Below, one piece after another: positions 49,979-60,598 of a stretch of DNA of 64,000 bases. Within the stretch, counting starts at the first letter, position 1. Each line of letters begins with the position of its first letter. The stretch comes from a virus. The stretch lies in the IMG/VR virus record IMGVR_UViG_3300027969_000042, positions 32,001 through 96,000 of that record; one strand, written 5' to 3'. The position numbers and the translations under genes are program-made. The notes beneath the pieces are model-generated. The model saw only the letters and a program-made list of their open reading frames with translations. It was not told the origin of the DNA and did no database searches.

Positions 49979-52528
49979 TTATGAACCACAAGCTAAACAA
50001 TCATCAGGATTGTCTAACGAACAACTGATTTCTGCCATTTGGTCTTCAACAGATTTCACTTCTTCTTGAGTTGTGAATTTAACTGCATCACCTGCTGCTT
50101 TATTTCTTAGATAGTAAATACCTGTTTTTAATGAAGCTTTTTTCTCTCTATAGAATCTAGCTTTACCAGCTTTATCATAGATTACTTCTGTATTTTCTCC
50201 TTGTGGGATAATTTCAACACCATGTTCATCTTTCATAAGAGCTCTTCTTCCCCATCCGTAAAAGTGCATTGCTGTCAATTTTGCGAAGTTTGGTGAATCC
50301 ATAAAGATATTCATAGATTGAGTTTGATCAATAAATGCTCCTCTTTCTGCTGCCATATCAATTACATCTCTTTGTTTAATCTCATAAACAGTTTTAAAGA
50401 TTTCTTTTACATTAGTAGGTACTTCAGGGATATTCTGAACTGAACCATTCTCTGCAATAATTTTTCTTCTAATGTTATCTGACCAGATACCTAATTTAAC
50501 TAATTCTTTTACAAGGTATTTGTTTACAATGATAAAAGTACCAGATAAAACACCTCTTGTGTACATATTTGAAGTTTGTGCTTCACAACTTGCTTCGTTT
50601 CCTAAGATAGATGCAGTTGATGCAGTTGGCATAATACAAGTAGTTAAAGAATTTCTAACACCATATTTTTTAATATCTTCTCTTAATTTATCCCAATCCC
50701 ATCTTTTTGTTGGTTTTGCACCCCATAAATCAAATTGGAATTTTCCCTCTGATATTGGAGATCCTTTAAATGTTGGATAAGCGCCTTCTACTTTAGCTAA
50801 ATCACAAGAAGCTTTAATCGAAGCATAATAAATAGTTTCAAAAATTTCTTTGTTTAATGATTTCGCTTCATCAGAATCATAAGTAATTCCTAATAAAAAG
50901 AATACATCTGCCAATCCTTGAACTCCTAAACCAATTGGTCTATGTAATAAGTTTGAGAATCTAGCTGCTTCTGATGGATAAAAATTTACATCAATAACCT
51001 TATTCAAGTTTACAGTAGCTTGATAAGCAACATCATATAATTTATTATGATTATAAGTTTTGTTTTTATTTACAAATTTAGGAAGTGCAATAGAAGCTAA
51101 GTTACAAACAGCAGTTTCATTTACAGATTCTTCACCATAGAATGAACCTAATCCTAAACTTTCAAGTAATTCTTTATTTTGAAGAATTTCTTTTTGTACT
51201 TTAGTAATTCCAGTGGCTTCAACAATTTCTGCACACAAATTAGAACTTCTAACTACACCAATGTTTGATTGGTTAGACTTCTCATTGATAGAATCTTTAT
51301 ATAAAATATAAGGTGTTCCTGTTTCAATTTGAGATTCTAAGATTTTATTCCAAACCTCTCTTGCTTTTATTACTTTTTTAAATCGTCCTTCTGATTCATA
51401 ACTAATGTATAAGTCTCTAAATTCTTGGCCATAAGTTTCAGTTAAACCAGGACACTCGTGTGGACACATTAAAGACCAATCTTCATCTAAGTCAACTCTT
51501 TCCATAAATAAGTCATTAGTCCACATAGCCAAGAATAAATCTCTTGCTCTGATTTCATCTTTACCTTGGTTTTTTCTTAAATCTAGGAAATCCATAATAT
51601 CTGCATGCCAAGGTTCCATATAAATTGCTATTGAACCTTTTCTTTTTCCACCACCTTGATCTACCGCTCTTGCAGTTTCATTGAAGATTTTTAAGAAAGG
51701 AATAATACCATTTGAAGTACCATTAGTTCCGGCAATATAAGTACCTTTAGCTCTTACTTTTGTAAAAGAAATACCAATACCACCTGCATTTTTAGAAATT
51801 TGTGCAGACTCTTTTAGTGTATTGAAGATACCTTCGATAGAATCTGATTCTGTATCAAGTAAGAAACAAGATGATAATTGTGGTCTTGTTGTTCCAGAGT
51901 TGAATAATGTTGGTGTAGCGTGTGTATAATAACCTTCTGAAAGTAAGTTATAAGTATCGATAACACCTTGTATGTCTTCACCACATACTTGTAGTGCTGT
52001 TCTCATATACATATATTGAGGTCTTTCGGCAACTTTACCGTCAAGTTTCAATAGATATGATTTTTCTAATGTTTTGAATCCAAAGTAATCAAAATTATGA
52101 TCTCTGGAGTGTACAATTGCAGAATCTAATTCATCTGCGTGTTTTTTTACAATATCACGGAAAGTTTTAGAAACAATCGGTGAATGTTTTCTAGTTTTTG
52201 GATCTATGTATTTGTATAAATCAGAAACCGTTTCTGAAAAACTCTTTTTAGTTTCTTTGTGTAATGCCGTAATTGCTAATCTAGCCGCTAATGTTGAATA
52301 GTCAGGGTGTTTTGTTGTAAGAGATGCCGCAGTCTCCATTGCTAGAGAATCTAAAACAGAAGTTTGAATATCTGGCATAATACCTTCAATTACTTTTTGG
52401 GCAACTTCAAATGGTACAATCCATTTCTGGTCTAGTCCATAAGTTTGTTGTGTGATTCTATCTAAGATTTTGTCTAACATGACTGGCTCTTTCTTACCAT
52501 TTCTTTTCATTACTTTTATCATGCTCAT
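49979..52528 (-). CDS. nrdA: Class Ia ribonucleotide reductase alpha subunit with ATP cone
   Basis: ATP cone, TPTLFNSGT, QLSSCFL, GGGKRKG, SNLCAEI, VCNLAS, PTASTA, GIYYLR, C-terminal CLAC. Confidence 0.97.
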   Translation of the reverse strand: MSMIKVMKRNGKKEPVMLDKILDRITQQTYGLDQKWIVPFEVAQKVIEGIMPDIQTSVLDSLAMETAASLTTKHPDYSTLAARLAITALHKETKKSFSETVSDLYKYIDPKTRKHSPIVSKTFRDIVKKHADELDSAIVHSRDHNFDYFGFKTLEKSYLLKLDGKVAERPQYMYMRTALQVCGEDIQGVIDTYNLLSEGYYTHATPTLFNSGTTRPQLSSCFLLDTESDSIEGIFNTLKESAQISKNAGGIGISFTKVRAKGTYIAGTNGTSNGIIPFLKIFNETARAVDQGGGKRKGSIAIYMEPWHADIMDFLDLRKNQGKDEIRARDLFLAMWTNDLFMERVDLDEDWSLMCPHECPGLTETYGQEFRDLYISYESEGRFKKVIKAREVWNKILESQIETGTPYILYKDSINEKSNQSNIGVVRSSNLCAEIVEATGITKVQKEILQNKELLESLGLGSFYGEESVNETAVCNLASIALPKFVNKNKTYNHNKLYDVAYQATVNLNKVIDVNFYPSEAARFSNLLHRPIGLGVQGLADVFFLLGITYDSDEAKSLNKEIFETIYYASIKASCDLAKVEGAYPTFKGSPISEGKFQFDLWGAKPTKRWDWDKLREDIKKYGVRNSLTTCIMPTASTASILGNEASCEAQTSNMYTRGVLSGTFIIVNKYLVKELVKLGIWSDNIRRKIIAENGSVQNIPEVPTNVKEIFKTVYEIKQRDVIDMAAERGAFIDQTQSMNIFMDSPNFAKLTAMHFYGWGRRALMKDEHGVEIIPQGENTEVIYDKAGKARFYREKKASLKTGIYYLRNKAAGDAVKFTTQEEVKSVEDQMAEISCSLDNPDDCLACGS

Positions 52529-52628
52529 TTTTAATTTTTTGTTTTTTATATATTGAAATACTTTTTAATCTAAAAAAATCAATATTCTTTTTTTTATTGG
52601 TTTTTTATAATTGATAAAAAAATATTTT

Positions 52629-53597
52629 TTATAAAAAATCTATGTTGTTTAGTTTGTTTAAATTATACTTAAACTTTGTATTATTTAAAATTTTAGAGAT
52701 TTGTTTAATATTTACTTGATAAATATTTTCGTAAGAATCTACTTTAAAAGTATTATTCTCATAGTCTGTCTCCATTACTACTCCAGTTATAATCTTCTCT
52801 TCTTCTGTGATTGGATCATCCCAGATAAATTCAATTTCTGTTCCTTCGTAGATATTTCTATTTGTAATATCTTTTGAATTGATATTTTTTCCTATATGGT
52901 CTTGTAATTCATTTATAATTAAATTACGCCATTTATTATCTAACAGTTTAAACATATTAAATAAATTATCAGAAAAGTAAACTGATAATTCGTTGAATAG
53001 TTCAACATTTGTAAAACTTTCATCTTTTAGATGAACTTTTAGTAAAGAGTAATAATTATTAAAATCTACTCTTGATGGTTTTCTTCTATTATTCAGAAAA
53101 CTAATTGATGTATGTTCTCCTAATACAAAATAAACTCTTTCTTTAACTAATTTTGTTCTAATGTATATCTCATTATCTATTGATTCGAAATGATAATTAG
53201 AACCTTTGTCTACTTCAATGGTTTCTCTATAATAACCAGAAAATAAATCTGATGTATCATCTTCATCTACTGCTTCTTCTTTCTTACCTTTAAAGATAGA
53301 ATCATATTTTAATGAGTGTTTTCCTTCTATCTTATGTTTAGATAAAACAATATCTTCTTCATCTGATTCTGGAGACTTTTCAACTTCTGGTATTATATCT
53401 AGATTCAAATCATCCTCATCTATTTCAATGATAATATCTAAATCTTCATCATCACCAAAATCTAAACCAGAGTCACCTGAATCATCAGAATCATCATCAA
53501 ACTCTTCCATAGATGGTCCTTCAAAGTTATCATCGTCGTTATCATCATTAAAGTCATTTTCGAAGTCGTCATCTTCATCGACAATTTTATTTGCCAT
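52629..53597 (-). CDS. Hypothetical protein with very acidic N-terminus
   Basis: 322 aa; D/E-rich first ~80 residues. Confidence 0.7.
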   Translation of the reverse strand: MANKIVDEDDDFENDFNDDNDDDNFEGPSMEEFDDDSDDSGDSGLDFGDDEDLDIIIEIDEDDLNLDIIPEVEKSPESDEEDIVLSKHKIEGKHSLKYDSIFKGKKEEAVDEDDTSDLFSGYYRETIEVDKGSNYHFESIDNEIYIRTKLVKERVYFVLGEHTSISFLNNRRKPSRVDFNNYYSLLKVHLKDESFTNVELFNELSVYFSDNLFNMFKLLDNKWRNLIINELQDHIGKNINSKDITNRNIYEGTEIEFIWDDPITEEEKIITGVVMETDYENNTFKVDSYENIYQVNIKQISKILNNTKFKYNLNKLNNIDFL

Positions 53598-53638
53598 AGC
53601 TTTTTATTTTTTTTATATACAAAATATAATTTTGTTGT

Positions 53639-54967
53639 TTAACTATCCAAAAACTGATCGTTCTCTAAAGTTAAGTAGGTTGAGTTCAGGTTTAGTCTAA
53701 TTTGTGATTTTAAGAAATCACCGTCTCTTTGTTTCAGTAACTTAAATCTATACAAGTTCTGTCTTTTCATTTCTTCTGTACGAATAATTGCAAAAAATGT
53801 ATCTGCAGTTTCTGCAATTGCTTTTGATTCGGGTACACTTTCTAATGTAATATCTGCAGAGTTCCAAGCGTCTTTTGCTACTTGAACTCCTGTTATCACA
53901 GGACACTTATATTTGGCTCCTATTGCTCTTAATCCTTCAGATAGAACTTTACCTTTCGAGTATAAGTTATCTGTTCCTGAACCTTTAGGTGCAGCGACAA
54001 GAGTAATATAGTCAACTATAACTAAGTCAATTTTAATTCCTTTTTTCTCCTTAAGTTTTTGAATGTAATTATCAAAGTCTGCGACAGTTGCTGTTCCGGC
54101 TGCCCAGAATTTAGCATATATCTTACCAACTTTCCTATCAAAAATATCACCACCATCGGTTTTACTTAAACCAGCGATTCTTTTTTTGATTAGATCAATA
54201 TCTTTTGATACAACATCATAATCATTTATAGGTATTTTTAAACGCATAGCACCTAAACGTTTCATTACTTTTCTTTCACTCATTTCAAGTGTAATATAAA
54301 GTACATTGTGTCCCATATCAGCAGATTTAACTGCAAAGTTTTGCATCCATAATGATTTACCATTATTGGTTTCTGCCATGATTACATTAAAAGTTCCAAT
54401 ATCCCATCCACCACCTAACATATGGTCAATAGTTGGGAAACCACAACTAACTTTAAACTTAGAACTATCTTGTACGTGACTTTCGGCATCGTCAAAATCA
54501 ACACCCATATCGTCATCGTCAACAAAATTAGTAGAAGACATTTCATCTACTATTGCTTTGATACGTCCGGCTGCTTCAACTGCTTTTTCAAAGTCAGAGA
54601 TAGAGTCAAGATTTCTGGTTTCATCGATAATATCGATAGTTCCTGTTTTTAAACGATTGGCTAATATCCAAGCGTTAAATTTCGGTTCGATGAAGTTTTT
54701 TTCATCGTACTCTTTAAGATCTACTTGTAAAATTGATTTTAAAATTTCTTTCGTGATAACACCTTCTTTGTCTTCGAGAGCAACCATATCTAATATCTGT
54801 CTGGGAGTAGGTGTTCCAGTATCACTATTAGTTAACATATAAGTTCTTATAACTCCGTAAACAAATTGAATTTCAGAATTTCTAAAAAAGAAAGTTTTCA
54901 CTACATCGAAATACTTCTTATTGCTTAAAATGTAATTGAAGAATACCTTCTCTAGTTGTGGTGTCAT
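53639..54967 (-). CDS. Replicative helicase, T4 gp41/DnaB-like
   Basis: AETNNGKS Walker A, YITLEMSE, IVDY, QVAKD, ESK.IAETAD. Confidence 0.9.
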   Translation of the reverse strand: MTPQLEKVFFNYILSNKKYFDVVKTFFFRNSEIQFVYGVIRTYMLTNSDTGTPTPRQILDMVALEDKEGVITKEILKSILQVDLKEYDEKNFIEPKFNAWILANRLKTGTIDIIDETRNLDSISDFEKAVEAAGRIKAIVDEMSSTNFVDDDDMGVDFDDAESHVQDSSKFKVSCGFPTIDHMLGGGWDIGTFNVIMAETNNGKSLWMQNFAVKSADMGHNVLYITLEMSERKVMKRLGAMRLKIPINDYDVVSKDIDLIKKRIAGLSKTDGGDIFDRKVGKIYAKFWAAGTATVADFDNYIQKLKEKKGIKIDLVIVDYITLVAAPKGSGTDNLYSKGKVLSEGLRAIGAKYKCPVITGVQVAKDAWNSADITLESVPESKAIAETADTFFAIIRTEEMKRQNLYRFKLLKQRDGDFLKSQIRLNLNSTYLTLENDQFLDS

Positions 54968-55021
54968 TAATTTGATTAATTTTATTATTATAGTAAATCT
55001 TACGTTTAAGTTTGCTATAAA

Positions 55022-55804
55022 TTACTGTTCATTAATCATTTCACCATCTGTTGGTTTAAGAGTAAAGTCCGATACCTTCTTTATAACAGTGGTATCGACT
55101 TCATCAACTATTTCTTTTTTATCTTTTGGACTAATTTTATCTTTAAGTCTGTCAATAATATTAATTATTCCATTCTTTGCAATTAAAGTTCCAACACCCA
55201 TTGTTAAAGCGGCAAAGTTTTCAAGGAAAGTATCTACATTTAAGTCATATTTTCCTATTACATAAAGAATTCCATTCATTATAGGTATCAAAATTGCAGT
55301 ATAAGCAAACATATCAATAAAATTTTTTGCAACTGCACTTAAATGTTTTCCAATTATTGTAAAAATACTAGTAATAGACTTAAATAGTTTGACAACTTTC
55401 TTAACAATTCCATTCCCGATACCCATCATTTTTAATTCTTCTAACATAGATTTAGAATCTTTTGTTAAAATCTCTTCTTCTTGACCATCTTTGAATTTCT
55501 TCTCTTCTAAATATACTATAGTAAAAGCACATATTGTAAGAAGTACTACTTTATCAGCTGTAATGTCAATAGAACTAATTTTCATATTAGTCATTAGTTT
55601 ATCAACTATTGGATAAAGAGCTTTGATACCAGTACCAAATGTTAAAGATAAATTTCCATTTAATCTTAAATCACTTATTACTCTTTTTTGAACTTTTTTA
55701 TACTCTGTTTCGTCAGATTCGGTAATTAAACCATCAAATGAATTGATAAAATCCAACGCCATTGAATCTTGAAGTGAGTATTGTTGAAATTTCTGTATTT
55801 TCAT
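55022..55804 (-). CDS. Hypothetical membrane protein
   Basis: 260 aa, hydrophobic helices, MKIQKFQQY start; TAATATATA upstream. Confidence 0.7.
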   Translation of the reverse strand: MKIQKFQQYSLQDSMALDFINSFDGLITESDETEYKKVQKRVISDLRLNGNLSLTFGTGIKALYPIVDKLMTNMKISSIDITADKVVLLTICAFTIVYLEEKKFKDGQEEEILTKDSKSMLEELKMMGIGNGIVKKVVKLFKSITSIFTIIGKHLSAVAKNFIDMFAYTAILIPIMNGILYVIGKYDLNVDTFLENFAALTMGVGTLIAKNGIINIIDRLKDKISPKDKKEIVDEVDTTVIKKVSDFTLKPTDGEMINEQ

Positions 55805-55888
55805 ATCATATATATTAAAAAATAATTATAAAAACGAGAAAAGTGATATAAATATTTAATATATAATTAAAAATAGATTTAAAATAAT

Positions 55889-56476
55889 ATGAAACACATT
55901 AAAAAATTTGAGAACTTTAGTTTTGAAGAAGAGGAAAAGTTCGGTAGATTCGCACAAGAACGTGAAAGTGACACGGTTAAATTTGGCGAAGAAGGTAACG
56001 AATTCAACGATGAAGACTTTGATGATCAAAATTGTGAGTTTTGTAACTGTGCACCATGTAATTGTGAAGATGCACAAGAAGAAGAAGAAACTAATGAATT
56101 AGGTGAAGAAGAAGATGACTATGGTCAATCTGATGAGGAAGCTGACGAAGAAGATGATCAAGAAGAACACAGAATCAGAAGATGGGGAGATGAAGAAATC
56201 GTTGAAAAGAAAAAAGTAAACGCAGGTTTTCAAGCTTACTTAGATAAACAAAAAGCTAAAAGTAAAGGTAAAGAAGACGATAAAAAAGGTGGAAAAGGTA
56301 AACCAGATTTCTTAGATTTAGATAAAGATGGTGATAAAAAAGAAACTATGAAAAAAGCTGCTAAAGATGCCAAAGAAGATGATGATAAAGGTACTGCTAA
56401 AAAAGGTTTAACTGCAGGACAGAAAAAACTTCCTGAGGCAATGCAAAAAGCTATTCTTAAAAAACAAGGTAAATAG
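55889..56476 (+). CDS. Charge-bipartite protein (acidic N-half, Lys-rich C-half), possibly head core/scaffold-like
   Basis: MKHIKKFENF; CEFCNCAPCNC; PDFLDLDKDGDKKETMKKAAKD. Confidence 0.7.
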   Translation: MKHIKKFENFSFEEEEKFGRFAQERESDTVKFGEEGNEFNDEDFDDQNCEFCNCAPCNCEDAQEEEETNELGEEEDDYGQSDEEADEEDDQEEHRIRRWGDEEIVEKKKVNAGFQAYLDKQKAKSKGKEDDKKGGKGKPDFLDLDKDGDKKETMKKAAKDAKEDDDKGTAKKGLTAGQKKLPEAMQKAILKKQGK

Positions 56477-56490
56477 TAAAATATCAATAA

Positions 56491-56518
56491 AAAAAAAGAC
56501 CCAATTGGGTCTTTTTTT
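56491..56518. terminator. Bidirectional terminator
   Basis: AAAAAAAGACCCAATTGGGTCTTTTTTT palindrome. Confidence 0.85.
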
Positions 56519-58185
56519 TATGTAGTGACTTTGATGTTTACTTTCTTAATTGCTTCTTGAATCCAATTAGGTAAGAAATGAGAACTATGTTTCATCACAT
56601 CCCCAAATGAACCATCCAGAATAATAGTATCTGCATAATCCGTATCGGAACGAACTGAACGACCAGTCATTTGGATAAATCCAGAAACTGTTTTCCATGC
56701 ATACCAATCAGGATTATTACTTTGCCTCATTTTGTTTTTTTGAGATGCCAAACTTGGATAAGGAACTTTGGCAATAATCTGAAATCTAGCCAAATCATCA
56801 TCCAATGAAACTCCCGTATCCATACTTGGACTTACAAGAACGGTGGGTTTATCAGTTTCACAGTGTCTTTTCAGAACTTCATCTTTATTAGTAGAATCAT
56901 GAAATACAAATCTTTTATCTTTTATACCTTTTTGAATCCAATTTGATAATTCAAACGAGTTTGTATGTATAATTCCTTTTTGACCGGCATACTTATTCAT
57001 AATCTTCTTTATGTAAGGAACATACTTTTGAAAAGTTTCTTCTTTATTCTTATAGGACATTTTACCAATTGGCATATAAATAATTGGTCGATTCTTTGCA
57101 GGAAATGGTGATTCAATTGAGTGATAAGCGGCTTTAGTAACATCTAATCCATTTAACTGACAGAATAAATTCTTATCTAAAATAGTACCAGACATCATAA
57201 ATACCATATCATAGTGAGAAAAAACATATTTATCTAAATAATCATATGCCCAGATAGGTTCTAATGAAAGTTCTTTCTGTCTTAATTTTTCATTATAACT
57301 AGATTCCAATACCCAGTTATTTGGATTTGCCTTATATTCAGTTAAAAATAATTCAATCTTCATCTGATATTGTTTCAAATCAGTAACTAACTGCATTAGT
57401 TTAACATCACTGTTTTTACCGTTTAAAACTTTGTTGATTTTTAGATCTCTTTTATCTTGAACTACATCTCTCTCAGATTTAGACATACCTTTCTCCATTT
57501 GTTCCATAGTGGTAACTACTTCATTATTGAAATAACGTAGAAAATCTACATAAGTACTAATAGAAGTAACTGCTTTTAATCTAGCAATCAAATCATTCTC
57601 ATTAGAGAAACTAAATCGTTTGATTACTAATTCAGTTATTTTTATAGAGATAAATGAACTCATTACATCGTCAAAGTCGTGTGCTTCATCAACAATTAAA
57701 ACTCTTGCATCTCTAGCTTCCATTAGTTTTTGATTATACATTGCATAAAGAATATAAAGATAGAAGTTAGTTAAAGAAACTCCACTACTAATATAACCCT
57801 CTCTTGCAGAAGAATAAGGACAAACCTCACAAGATGTTTTATTAAGTCTATTAAATTCAGAACCTTGTGCACAAGAACATGCATAAGACGAACATTCATA
57901 GTTTTCTTTACCTTTTAAATCTGCGATAGATTCATAAGTACTTGAATACTGATCTTGTAGAATTTTTGAGTTAGTAATTATATCAACTCTTGCCATTTTA
58001 TTCTTATTCTTTTTATACCAATCTGCTATCATTAAAGCAAGATGGCTTTTACCAACACCGACTGGCATATCTAATAAGAAGAATTTGGTAGTAGGATCTT
58101 TTTTGAATTGTTGGTCAATAAAATCTATTGCTTCTTGTTGTTGTTTTCGAGGACTATATTTTGAAAGATCTTTCTTTAATGACAT
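56518..58185 (-). CDS. DinG/YoaA-like SF2 helicase
   Basis: MPVGVGKS, Fe-S cysteines, VDEAH, MSGT, IAKVPYP, QMTGRSVR..D. Confidence 0.9.
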   Translation of the reverse strand: MSLKKDLSKYSPRKQQQEAIDFIDQQFKKDPTTKFFLLDMPVGVGKSHLALMIADWYKKNKNKMARVDIITNSKILQDQYSSTYESIADLKGKENYECSSYACSCAQGSEFNRLNKTSCEVCPYSSAREGYISSGVSLTNFYLYILYAMYNQKLMEARDARVLIVDEAHDFDDVMSSFISIKITELVIKRFSFSNENDLIARLKAVTSISTYVDFLRYFNNEVVTTMEQMEKGMSKSERDVVQDKRDLKINKVLNGKNSDVKLMQLVTDLKQYQMKIELFLTEYKANPNNWVLESSYNEKLRQKELSLEPIWAYDYLDKYVFSHYDMVFMMSGTILDKNLFCQLNGLDVTKAAYHSIESPFPAKNRPIIYMPIGKMSYKNKEETFQKYVPYIKKIMNKYAGQKGIIHTNSFELSNWIQKGIKDKRFVFHDSTNKDEVLKRHCETDKPTVLVSPSMDTGVSLDDDLARFQIIAKVPYPSLASQKNKMRQSNNPDWYAWKTVSGFIQMTGRSVRSDTDYADTIILDGSFGDVMKHSSHFLPNWIQEAIKKVNIKVTT

Positions 58186-58304
58186 ATTTTAGTTGATATT
58201 TTTGTTACGTTTTATATGATATAAAAGGTAATTGTTTAAAAAATGAATTTTTTTAAATTTATTTTAGTTTTTTATTAGAAAACAAGGTTTTTTATAATTT
58301 TTAT

Positions 58305-58511
58305 ATGATATATAGATTAAACTACCACATTTTTATGGAACATATCTTACACCACGATGAATTCTCTGTTTATACAACAACAGATGAGATTTTTAATTTT
58401 ATTGACGAATTATTAGAAAATGGACTTTCAAATGAGTTTGAAATATATGATCTTTGTATTGAAAAATTCGGACAATATTTTACCCAACATCTTGATTCAC
58501 TAAAAGAATAA
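58305..58511 (+). CDS. Small acidic hypothetical protein
   Basis: 68-aa ORF with a terminator after it. Confidence 0.55.
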   Translation: MIYRLNYHIFMEHILHHDEFSVYTTTDEIFNFIDELLENGLSNEFEIYDLCIEKFGQYFTQHLDSLKE

Positions 58512-58535
58512 AACCCTCAACTGCGAGGGTTTTTT
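58510..58535. terminator. Bidirectional terminator
   Basis: AAAACCCTC-aactgc-GAGGGTTTT. Confidence 0.8.
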
Positions 58536-58536
58536 A

Positions 58537-60063
58537 TTATAATTCTGATTCAAGTTCTTTTATTTCATCCATTACTGCTTTCAGTTCATCTTTCTTATTC
58601 ATCATAATTTTCTTATTGAACTTTCTATCTGCATAAACATCTTCCAACATTCTTAATGTTGGTGATAATCTTTTCTCAAATACTACACCATTTACACATA
58701 CAACATGTTTTTCTAAGTCAATAGGTCTTCCATTATCACAGAATCCTTTATCTTTCTCATTCTGAAGTCCAACAAACGTTTCTGGTGCAATAAAGAATTG
58801 TCTTTGTGTTGTAGGATATAGTGAAGCAAAGTCATAAATAACCACCCATCTATTCATTCCTACTATAGGGTCTTTAACCCATCCACCAGCAATTGTTGAA
58901 TCACCATCACCTCTGTCTTCTTTGAAAAGAACAATGTTATCCATTTCTCTAAAACGGTTTCTCAAAACACCTTCTGTAATTGCAAGTGAGCCTAAAGCAT
59001 TATTCATTTGAGATACTACATCGACAATTCTAATTTTTGCCAATGATGAAATCGCATAAATAATAGAGATATAATTTCTCGACTCATGTATTTTTTGTAC
59101 AAGTACAGAATCGACTGCGTTATAATACATAAATGTTTCAAAATCATCCTCATAAAGTTTTTGTAATGAACCATTATATTTAATCTTCTCAACTCCAACT
59201 AGTTTATTTGCGACAAAGTCTAATGAAGATGATTCTTTTACTTTAATAGAGGTATCACATATCTCATATAATTGCATATAATCAAAAATCATTCTATGTG
59301 CAGGAACTTCATAATCAGTACCCCACATTTTATTGATTCTTTTTAATGGTGATGAAACCGCTGGATCAATTTTATATTCTTTACCGTTTGCCCATTTAGA
59401 AATCTTTCTACTTCTGTTTACTAAATATAACCAGTCATACTGTAAGAAGTTCCAACCGGTCAAAATTGGCATCTTTGGTATCATATTATTGAAGAAAGCA
59501 TAAAGCATATCAAATTCATCATCATATTTAACATATTTGAATTTATATTCTGTACCAAATTTTTTAAAGTATTTATTTGTGTTATCACAAATTCTATTTT
59601 GCATATCTTCTGGCATATCTTTTAAGCCAAGAAGTATGATTTTATCATCATATACAATAGATATAGAAAGAACTTGTGTACAAGCACCTTCTTTTGTAAC
59701 ATTTCCATCTGCATCTTTAATATCTGCGGCTTCTGGGAATCCATCAACGATTTCTGTTTCAATATCTATAAAGAATATCTTTGGTAAGTTAAATTCAAAG
59801 ATTTCTGTTTTTTCTTTTTCTGGAAGTGAATCTAAGAATTCATAGATAGCGTATCTATCTGGATGATTTACTTCAATTTGTTTTACCGATTTTCCGTCCC
59901 AAGACTTAAATTCGGCATGTTTTTGTGGATCTGTATCTTCACAAGATACATATTTCATTGGAGTGTCCCAATTGTAATACTTCAGCTTTATATCGCCCGA
60001 TTTATCTACGTAGCTTACTACTAATTTCTTTGTATTTGTTAAGTATTGTGTTTCTACTAGCAT
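58537..60063 (-). CDS. Family-B DNA polymerase, N-terminal half (exonuclease plus motif A) of a split gene
   Basis: FIDIETE, GWNF..YD, YNAVDS, YDFASLYP; stops in the fingers with no KxxxNSxYG or YGDTDS. Confidence 0.88.
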   Translation of the reverse strand: MLVETQYLTNTKKLVVSYVDKSGDIKLKYYNWDTPMKYVSCEDTDPQKHAEFKSWDGKSVKQIEVNHPDRYAIYEFLDSLPEKEKTEIFEFNLPKIFFIDIETEIVDGFPEAADIKDADGNVTKEGACTQVLSISIVYDDKIILLGLKDMPEDMQNRICDNTNKYFKKFGTEYKFKYVKYDDEFDMLYAFFNNMIPKMPILTGWNFLQYDWLYLVNRSRKISKWANGKEYKIDPAVSSPLKRINKMWGTDYEVPAHRMIFDYMQLYEICDTSIKVKESSSLDFVANKLVGVEKIKYNGSLQKLYEDDFETFMYYNAVDSVLVQKIHESRNYISIIYAISSLAKIRIVDVVSQMNNALGSLAITEGVLRNRFREMDNIVLFKEDRGDGDSTIAGGWVKDPIVGMNRWVVIYDFASLYPTTQRQFFIAPETFVGLQNEKDKGFCDNGRPIDLEKHVVCVNGVVFEKRLSPTLRMLEDVYADRKFNKKIMMNKKDELKAVMDEIKELESEL

Positions 60064-60120
60064 TTTATTTCCGTCTATTTTTTATTTTATATATCTTTTT
60101 ATGAAAAAAGTTATGATTAG

Positions 60121-60151
60121 TTTGGTACTTAAATTATTTTTTGTATATTTG
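60121..60151 (+). promoter_or_regulatory. Bacteroidota sigma-A-type promoter
   Basis: TTTG-N19-TATATTTG, a consensus match. Confidence 0.85.
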
Positions 60152-60172
60152 TAAAACAAACAAATAGATAAT

Positions 60173-60598
60173 ATGAACAAAATTTACTTCTTAAAAATAG
60201 TTAGTGAGAATATTGAAGAATTTGATATAAATAGTACTGATAATCATCCTATATATGAAGATTTATCAAATTGTTTAGATAAAGATGATGTAGAATATTT
60301 AGGATTTACAAAAGATGATGATATTTTTGTTAGATTGCCGGACTATAAAGTAGATAAAATAACTGCGGTTTTATCTAAATATTTTGAATTCACAAAAACT
60401 GATGTAACGGATAAAATTATTTCTGGTGATATAGAAAAAGAATATCCGGAAGTTAAAGAAGTTACTCCTAAGTTATTTATTGATTTTAGATTAGATAATA
60501 CATCAGTAGATGACATATTAGATAAAATTATCGAAAGTGGAATTGACTCATTAGATAAAATAGATAAAACCATATTAAAAAAGTCTCAATCTAAATAG
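60173..60598 (+). CDS. Hypothetical protein with DUF6576-like C-terminus
   Basis: VDDILDKIIESGIDSLDKIDKTIL. Confidence 0.65.
   Translation: MNKIYFLKIVSENIEEFDINSTDNHPIYEDLSNCLDKDDVEYLGFTKDDDIFVRLPDYKVDKITAVLSKYFEFTKTDVTDKIISGDIEKEYPEVKEVTPKLFIDFRLDNTSVDDILDKIIESGIDSLDKIDKTILKKSQSK

Noticed and set aside
49979-52528. Inteins or introns in nrdA
   Set aside because: The insertions are short and lack Cys/Ser...His-Asn splice motifs; the frame is uninterrupted.
53428-56487. Ser-rich or antisense ORFs (53428..53700, 54422..54652, 54558..54842, 54936..55265, 55856..56077, 55908..56102, 56236..56487)
   Set aside because: Shadows of acidic or conserved genes in other frames, with no independent start context.
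58305-58537. Frameshift or read-through continuation of the polymerase gene
   Set aside because: No motif B/C seen downstream in the ORF track or by eye; a terminator and a convergent ORF follow.
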